DNA of 10,589 nucleotides from a virus (Duplodnaviria; Heunggongvirae; Uroviricota; Caudoviricetes): IMG/VR virus record IMGVR_UViG_2609459825_000010; one strand, 5' to 3'. Shown piece by piece: positions 6,381 to 10,589 of this stretch (position 1 is its first letter; each line of letters starts with the position of its first letter). The notes under the pieces were generated by a model. It saw only the letters and a program-made list of their open reading frames with translations, ran no database searches and was not told where the DNA came from. The position numbers and the translations under genes were made by a program.

Positions 6381-6393
6381 AGGCTTTTTATTT
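6367..6393 (+). terminator. Intrinsic terminator overlapping the stop codon of the 6183-6380 ORF
   Basis: GCCTTCAG-(TC)-CTGAAGGC stem followed by TTTTTATTT. Confidence 0.55.
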
Positions 6394-6513
6394 GTGGTGA
6401 ATGGGCGGCTGGTGGGGGGCGACACCTGTCAGTCCTTTGCTTATGTGTTGATGATAATTTACCTTTTGGGGCTATAATTGAGCTAACCAATTGCTAATGA
6501 AAGTAAAATTATA

Positions 6514-7227
6514 ATGGCTGTTGTCTGTTCAGTTATCATGGTTTGCTCCCCAATTAATATTTTTCTTGAAAAGGATACGTTGTCACTTAAGCCAGGCTCA
6601 GTTGTTCTGGCCACCAAATGCATCAGGGAGCTTTTCCTTATGCATTATGGCAAAGTTAAAATTGTCGATATAAGCGAATCCGTCGTAAGTCAATATCTGG
6701 AAAGTCAGCATAAGCTGACGAGGACTCGTCTGACTGACATTCCGCTTTACCTGTTGCTGGAACCCAACAATCCTGCGTTGGCTGCGGCTTTAATTACCAG
6801 CCAGGGATTTTCCGGAGAGGCCACGGATATGTTTCTTATGATGGCCTGCCTGTCTCTGTTTGAAACAGATGAACGGATGTCATTGTTTTTAAGTGGATGT
6901 TTATCCAGCATAAGTGCCAAAGTCAGGGCGATAATTCAGACAGATATATCAGCAAGCTGGACGCTTTGTGCGATTGCTCTACAGTTGCATATGAGTGAGA
7001 GTTTGTTAAAGACAAAACTGAAAAATGAAGGGGGCATGTTCAGTCGCTTGTTGCTGGAAGAGCGGATGCGTGTTGCTGTAAATATGTTATGTTCCCGGCA
7101 TGGATATGGACAGGCTATAGCAGAAAAATGCGGTTATTCAAGCAGGTCCTACTTTATTTCTGTATTTCACCGCTATTATGGCTTCCCGCCAGACAGATAT
7201 GTATCCAGGCAAGGGCTTGATTATTGA
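6514..7227 (+). CDS. AraC/XylS-family transcriptional regulator (start uncertain)
   Basis: C-terminal about 100 aa (...ISASWTLCAIALQLHMSESLLKTKLKNEGGMFSRLLLEERMRVAVNMLCSRHGYGQAIAEKCGYSSRSYFISVFHRYYGFPP...) has the dual-HTH signature of AraC-family proteins. The gene lies in a markedly AT-rich island (about 6420-7250) with promoter-like elements around 6446-6480. Confidence 0.8.
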   Translation: MAVVCSVIMVCSPINIFLEKDTLSLKPGSVVLATKCIRELFLMHYGKVKIVDISESVVSQYLESQHKLTRTRLTDIPLYLLLEPNNPALAAALITSQGFSGEATDMFLMMACLSLFETDERMSLFLSGCLSSISAKVRAIIQTDISASWTLCAIALQLHMSESLLKTKLKNEGGMFSRLLLEERMRVAVNMLCSRHGYGQAIAEKCGYSSRSYFISVFHRYYGFPPDRYVSRQGLDY

Positions 7228-7245
7228 TTTTCATCTGATTATTAT
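7217..7245 (+). promoter_or_regulatory. Possible promoter for the tRNA cluster (-35 TTGATT 7217-7222, 17-nt spacer, -10 TATTAT 7240-7245)
   Basis: Hexamers read directly; predicted start just before the first tRNA (7256). AT-rich context makes chance matches likely. Confidence 0.3.
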
Positions 7246-7255
7246 TTTTTGGCTC

Positions 7256-7331
7256 GGCCCTTTAGCTCAGTGGTGAGAGCGAGCGACTCATAATCGCCAG
7301 GTCGCTGGTTCAAATCCAGCAAGGGCCACCA
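7256..7331 (+). tRNA. tRNA with CAU anticodon (Ile2/lysidine-type, ileX/ileZ-like; Met not excluded), 76 nt with encoded CCA
   Basis: Cloverleaf built by hand: acceptor GGCCCTT/AAGGGCC, D-arm GCTC/GAGC, anticodon loop CTCATAA, T-arm GCTGG-TTCAAAT-CCAGC, ACCA end. Close to E. coli ileX as recalled. Confidence 0.9.
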
Positions 7332-7338
7332 TCACATA

Positions 7339-7412
7339 CCGCCATTAGCTCATCAGGAAAGAGCGCCAGCCTTCGAAGCTGGTTGCGCGGAGTTCGGATC
7401 CCCGAAGGCGGT
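7339..7412 (+). tRNA. tRNA-like gene, anticodon UCG (Arg-like); possibly degenerate
   Basis: Cloverleaf: acceptor CCGCCAT/AAGGCGG (one A-A mismatch), D-arm GCTC/GAGC, anticodon arm CCAGC-CTTCGAA-GCTGG, T-arm CGGAG-TTCGGAT-CCCCG (one A-C mismatch, unusual T-loop). No encoded CCA. Confidence 0.5.
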
Positions 7413-7428
7413 TCATTATCTGTATCCT

Positions 7429-7505
7429 GCGTTGTTAGCTCAGCCGGACAGAGCAATTGCCTTCTAAGCAATCGGTCACTGGTTCGAATCCAGTACAACG
7501 CGCCA
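7429..7505 (+). tRNA. tRNA-Arg (anticodon UCU; reads rare AGA/AGG), 77 nt with encoded CCA
   Basis: Cloverleaf: acceptor GCGTTGT/ACAACGC, D-arm GCTC/GAGC, anticodon arm ATTGC-CTTCTAA-GCAAT, T-arm ACTGG-TTCGAAT-CCAGT, GCCA end. Resembles argU/argO-type tRNAs. Confidence 0.9.
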
Positions 7506-7519
7506 GACTTATTTTTCCC

Positions 7520-7543
7520 GGCTCGCTTTTGCGGGCCTTTTTT
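7520..7543 (+). terminator. Intrinsic terminator downstream of the tRNA cluster
   Basis: GGCTCGC-TTTT-GCGGGCC stem (one G-U pair) followed by TTTTTT. Confidence 0.5.
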
Positions 7544-7675
7544 GTATCCGCGCCACGCCCGGCGCATATCAACCACAGAGCCTTTCGGGGGTGAGCTTAC
7601 GGAGTGGTCAGTGTGACTTTCTCTGTGGGCAGATCGCTCCCGGGCGTTGGCTCACCCACCCAAAGGAACGTCACG

Positions 7676-8107
7676 ATGTTTGGTATTTTTGGTAAAAAAG
7701 CCCGCCGAGCGGCAGTGGAAATTAAAAAGTTTGAGAAACGTGATCTGGCACAGGCGGTTATTAATGCTGCCTATCTGGTGGCCTATGCAGATGGTGAATG
7801 TGAGGCTTCAGAGAAAGCGAAGATCGAGCAGGTCTTGCGTAACCAGCCTGCGTTGTCCGCGTTTACGTCAGAAATTAATGCGATTAGCGCAACCATTATC
7901 GGTCAGCTGGATACGAACTTTAAAATTGGTCGTCGAGCGGCGTTACGTGAGATCGAGGATGTGAAACACGATACGCGTGAAGCGGAAGACGTGCTGGATG
8001 TGGCGGTGGCCATTGCCGAAGCAGACGGCGAAATAGAGCCGGAAGAGCGCAAGGTGCTGGAAGAGATTGCCGGTGTTCTGGGCCTTCGTCTGGAGAATCA
8101 TCTGTGA
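7676..8107 (+). CDS. TerB-family protein (tellurite-resistance TerB-like domain), 143 aa
   Basis: MFGIFGKKARRAAVEIKKFEKRDLAQAVINAAYLVAYADGECEASEKAKIEQVL...VLDVAVAIAEADGEIEPEERKVLEEIAGVLGL aligns by eye with plasmid TerB (...VAVCARIAVASDGVSSEEKQKMIGFL...ALRVGIAVAKSDGNFDDDEKSAVREIARSLGF), including the duplicated aDG...E motif and similar length. RBS AAGGA 8 nt upstream of ATG 7676. Confidence 0.7.
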   Translation: MFGIFGKKARRAAVEIKKFEKRDLAQAVINAAYLVAYADGECEASEKAKIEQVLRNQPALSAFTSEINAISATIIGQLDTNFKIGRRAALREIEDVKHDTREAEDVLDVAVAIAEADGEIEPEERKVLEEIAGVLGLRLENHL

Positions 8108-8115
8108 CGGTAAAA

Positions 8116-8277
8116 ATGCGTCTGGCTGTGGTTGCGCTCCTGCTGTTTCTGGTAGTGATGGTGGTGATGGTGGACTTCAGCAGCCGGATAATGTCAGTGC
8201 TGGCTGACGGTGTGCTGGTGGCGGGTGTGGTGGTTGTTGCTTTCCCGTTGCTGAAAAAGAAAGCATCAGGCGATTAG
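8116..8277 (+). CDS. Small membrane protein (53 aa, two predicted transmembrane helices)
   Basis: Found by reading: MRLAVVALLLFLVVMVVMVDFSSRIMSVLADGVLVAGVVVVAFPLLKKKASGD. Starts 8 nt after the TerB-like stop; strong E. coli-like codon usage (CTG, GTG); basic C-terminal tail. No clear SD, so it may be translationally coupled. Confidence 0.45.
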   Translation: MRLAVVALLLFLVVMVVMVDFSSRIMSVLADGVLVAGVVVVAFPLLKKKASGD

Positions 8278-8520
8278 CAGGGTATCAGTTACCCGTTGAA
8301 ATTTTTAAATACCTCACAATTCAGGCGGTTGACTGTTGTCTGGTTTGCGGGGAGTTTGTTAAAAGAAACTGGCATGGTGAATCCCCCTGTGCGGAGGGGC
8401 AATCAGCAACTGGTGTTTTGTCACCGACCCTTATCCTTTCTGTGCGGGTTCAGGTGCTGATACTGAACTCACCGGGAGGCACCCGGCACCATGCAAAATT
8501 GTCTACACTACCACTGTAAA

Positions 8521-8546
8521 AAGCCCCTCTCCGGAGGGGCTTTTCT
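8521..8546 (+). terminator. Intrinsic terminator (+ strand)
   Basis: AAGCCCCTC-TCCG-GAGGGGCTT hairpin followed by TTTT. Confidence 0.5.
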
Positions 8547-8552
8547 ATGGGC

Positions 8553-8580
8553 AAAAAAAAGCCCGCAGTGAGTGGCGGGC
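8553..8580 (-). terminator. Intrinsic terminator oriented for - strand transcription
   Basis: GCCCGC-AGTGAGTG-GCGGGC hairpin preceded on the + strand by A8 (a U8 tail on the - strand). Implies leftward transcription from somewhere in 8580-8733. Confidence 0.4.
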
Positions 8581-8644
8581 GGGGCGCATGAATATACATC
8601 AGGTATTTTTATTATCGTGTTCTGATTTTTACCATCTGTGATAA

Positions 8645-8675
8645 GGCTGCGCAACTGCGCGGCCTTTTTCGTTTT
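8645..8675 (+). terminator. Intrinsic terminator (+ strand) upstream of the esterase gene
   Basis: GGCTGCGC-AACT-GCGCGGCC stem (one G-U pair) followed by TTTTTCGTTTT. Confidence 0.5.
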
Positions 8676-8763
8676 GCGGGCTGCGGTTCTCCTCTTTTGA
8701 TTCTCCGTGTAGCCGGACCGTGGCCCGCAACTGTTGAGGAAAATCCCGGAAAGGGGAGGAATA

Positions 8764-10566
8764 ATGGCATTTAAACACTATGACGTGGTCAGGGCGGCGT
8801 CGCCGTCAGACCTTGCGGAGCGACTGACACAAAAACTGAAGGAAGGCTGGCAGCCGTTTGGCAGTCCTGTGGCTATCACGCCTTATACACTGATGCAGGC
8901 CATTGCCGCAGAGGGTGATGTGACCACGCCTGTGGTTGTGCCCGACACAGGGGCTGGTGGCTCTCCGGGAGTGGCTACCACTGAACCGGAGTATTACTAC
9001 GTTATTCCCCTGGCCGGGCAGTCGAACGGTATGGCCTATGGTGAGGGGCTTCCTCTGCCGGAGACCTATGATCGCCCTGACTCCCGTATTAAGCAGCTGG
9101 CCCGTCGCAGCACTGTGACGCCGGGTGGTGATACCTGTGCATACAATGACGTTATTCCGGCAGACCACTGTCTGCATGATGTTCAGGACATGAGCGCACT
9201 TAACCATCCTCATGCAGACCTGAGTAAGGGCCAGTACGGGACTGTCGGTCAGGGGCTGCATATTGCCAAAAAACTTCTGCCTTATATCCCGCAGAATGCC
9301 GGGATTCTTCTGGTGCCCTGTTGCCGTGGCGGGGCTGGTTTAACCGTGGGGAATGACGGCACGTTCAGCGAAACGTCTGGCGCATCGGCAAATTCAGCCC
9401 GCTGGGGAGTGGGTAAACCGCTGTATCAGGATTTTCTCTTCCGTACAAAAGCGGCGCTGTCGAAGAACCCGAAAAACAGGCTTCTGGCCGTGGTATGGAT
9501 GCAGGGGGAAAATGATCTTGCGGACGGCAGTCAGCAGCACAGCGGCCTGTTTACCACTATGGTGCAGCAGTTCAGGGCTGATATGGCTGCATATTCTGCA
9601 CAGTGTGTTGGCGGAAGTGCTGGCTCGGTGCCGTGGATTTGTGGTGACACCACGTATTACTGGAAGAATCTTAACGCCGATAAATATGAGGCGGTATATG
9701 GCGGTTACAAGGGCAGGGAAGCACAGAATATTTTCTTTGTACCGTTCCTGACGGATGAGAATGGACAGAGCACGCCAACGAATGCTCCGGCGGAAGACCC
9801 GGATATTGTGGCTGTCGGGTATTACGGTGCAGCATCCCGAACCCAGGGCAGTTTTGTTTCGACACAGCGTGACAGCCATTTCAGCTCATGGGCACGCAGG
9901 GGCGTCATTTCAGACCGTCTGGCCTCAGCTATTATGCTCCATGCAGGGCGCACGGCTGAACTGATGCGCGGGCAGACCGTGACACCACCGGATGAGAAGC
10001 CGTCACCTGATACACCATCAAAACCGTCCACGCCACCCGCAGACACCACGACGATGAGTACGCTATTTGCTTACCGGGCATCTGAGTCTGAAGGACGGTT
10101 GACACCACAGGGTTGGGCTGCCGGAGGTGGCAAGGCTCAAATCGTGGATGATGCCGGAGCCAGCGGGGGTAAGGCAATGAAACTGACCAAGGAAACAGGA
10201 AGAGCCCCCTGGTACCTTGAGCATGATGCTGGTAATGGTGCGGACCTGCTGGCATCGTTCTACGTACAGAGCGATGCCACAGACCTTAACGTGATGTATC
10301 ACAAAGGAAACACGGCGCAGAACACGAAGCTGGGGTCATTCGGCGCATTTAATAACGAATGGCATACGCTGGGCTTCCGTTTTGCCGGTAACAACAGTAT
10401 TGAGGTGACGCCGGTCATTGATGGTAAGGACGGGACACCATTCATGCTGTCGCAGTCTCCGGTCGGCACGTTTACGGCAGACAAGTTGCGCGTGACCGAT
10501 ATCACTAAAAATGCGACTTACCCGGTACTGATTGACAGTATCGTGGTGGAAGTGAATAACGCGTAA
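8764..10566 (+). CDS. nanS-p: Prophage sialate O-acetylesterase, NanS-p-like (SGNH/DUF303 esterase with DUF1737-like N-terminus and C-terminal beta-rich domain)
   Basis: 601 aa from ATG 8764 (strong RBS GGGGAGGA). The motif IPLAGQSNGMAYGE is a GQSN-type SGNH esterase nucleophile motif. A Pro/Ser/Thr-rich linker (about 9975-10050) precedes a C-terminal domain. The position after the late-region tRNAs matches the yjhS/nanS-p genes of EHEC prophages. Confidence 0.8.
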   Translation: MAFKHYDVVRAASPSDLAERLTQKLKEGWQPFGSPVAITPYTLMQAIAAEGDVTTPVVVPDTGAGGSPGVATTEPEYYYVIPLAGQSNGMAYGEGLPLPETYDRPDSRIKQLARRSTVTPGGDTCAYNDVIPADHCLHDVQDMSALNHPHADLSKGQYGTVGQGLHIAKKLLPYIPQNAGILLVPCCRGGAGLTVGNDGTFSETSGASANSARWGVGKPLYQDFLFRTKAALSKNPKNRLLAVVWMQGENDLADGSQQHSGLFTTMVQQFRADMAAYSAQCVGGSAGSVPWICGDTTYYWKNLNADKYEAVYGGYKGREAQNIFFVPFLTDENGQSTPTNAPAEDPDIVAVGYYGAASRTQGSFVSTQRDSHFSSWARRGVISDRLASAIMLHAGRTAELMRGQTVTPPDEKPSPDTPSKPSTPPADTTTMSTLFAYRASESEGRLTPQGWAAGGGKAQIVDDAGASGGKAMKLTKETGRAPWYLEHDAGNGADLLASFYVQSDATDLNVMYHKGNTAQNTKLGSFGAFNNEWHTLGFRFAGNNSIEVTPVIDGKDGTPFMLSQSPVGTFTADKLRVTDITKNATYPVLIDSIVVEVNNA

Positions 10567-10589
10567 GCAGGATAAAAAAATGCCGCCGG

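Noticed and set aside
7310-7616. ORFs 7310-7576 (-) and 7383-7616 (+)
   Set aside because: They overlap three tRNA genes with good cloverleaf structures; tRNA sequence readily yields spurious open frames.
7604-7964. N-terminal extension of the TerB-like ORF (from 7604) and overlapping ORF 7647-7964
   Set aside because: ATG 7676 has a proper RBS and the TerB homology begins there; the other frame gives an Arg-rich, low-complexity product.
8374-8580. Two tiny ORFs in the non-coding stretch (about 28 aa from ATG 8374; about 26 aa from ATG 8491)
   Set aside because: No RBS, odd composition, and they overlap hairpin and terminator structures; more likely RNA structure than coding sequence.
7506-8733. 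Shiga toxin genes (stxA/stxB) expected at this position in Stx phages
   Set aside because: Looked for them because the Q, tRNA, cargo, nanS-p layout matches Stx phages. No ORF of StxA size (about 320 aa) or StxB-like secreted 89-aa protein is present; the slot holds the TerB-like gene and a membrane peptide.
8734-8763. Upstream TTG start (8734) for the esterase gene
   Set aside because: ATG 8764 is preceded by a strong SD (GGGGAGGA); the TTG extension adds 10 residues without support.
8806-10505. Numerous antisense and alternative-frame ORFs inside the esterase gene (for example 8806-9261 -, 9394-9879 -, 9932-10255 -, 10063-10302 -)
   Set aside because: All lie within the 601-aa esterase ORF, which has a clear catalytic motif; the translations are Arg/Cys/His-rich shadow frames.

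Overview
This window reads as a segment of an Escherichia coli-type lambdoid prophage (Qin-like / Stx-phage-like layout), running early to late on the + strand. All calls come from reading the sequence and ORF translations by eye; no database search or folding was run. Order: (1) the right-hand part of an IS66-family insertion sequence on the - strand (tnpB partial, tnpA, terminal repeat ending near 829) that appears to truncate a ydaT-like early gene; (2) an O-like replication initiator with an intragenic iteron plus AT-rich origin; (3) three translationally coupled ORFs of unknown function, ending in a 27-aa membrane peptide; (4) a complete hok/sok-type type I toxin-antitoxin locus; (5) a rem-like ORF, a DUF968-like protein, rusA and a Q-like antiterminator, followed by a PR'-like promoter and tR'-like terminator; (6) an AT-rich moron with a small ORF and an AraC-family regulator; (7) three tRNA genes (CAU, UCG-like, UCU); (8) a TerB-family protein plus a 53-aa two-helix membrane peptide in the slot where Stx phages carry stxAB; (9) a 450-bp non-coding stretch with several terminator hairpins; (10) a NanS-p-like sialate O-acetylesterase. 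No stx genes and no CRISPR array are present. The best candidates for an undescribed system are the TerB-like/membrane-peptide pair (7676-8277) and the three-ORF cassette upstream of hok (2074-2887); both are hypotheses from gene context, not demonstrated functions.
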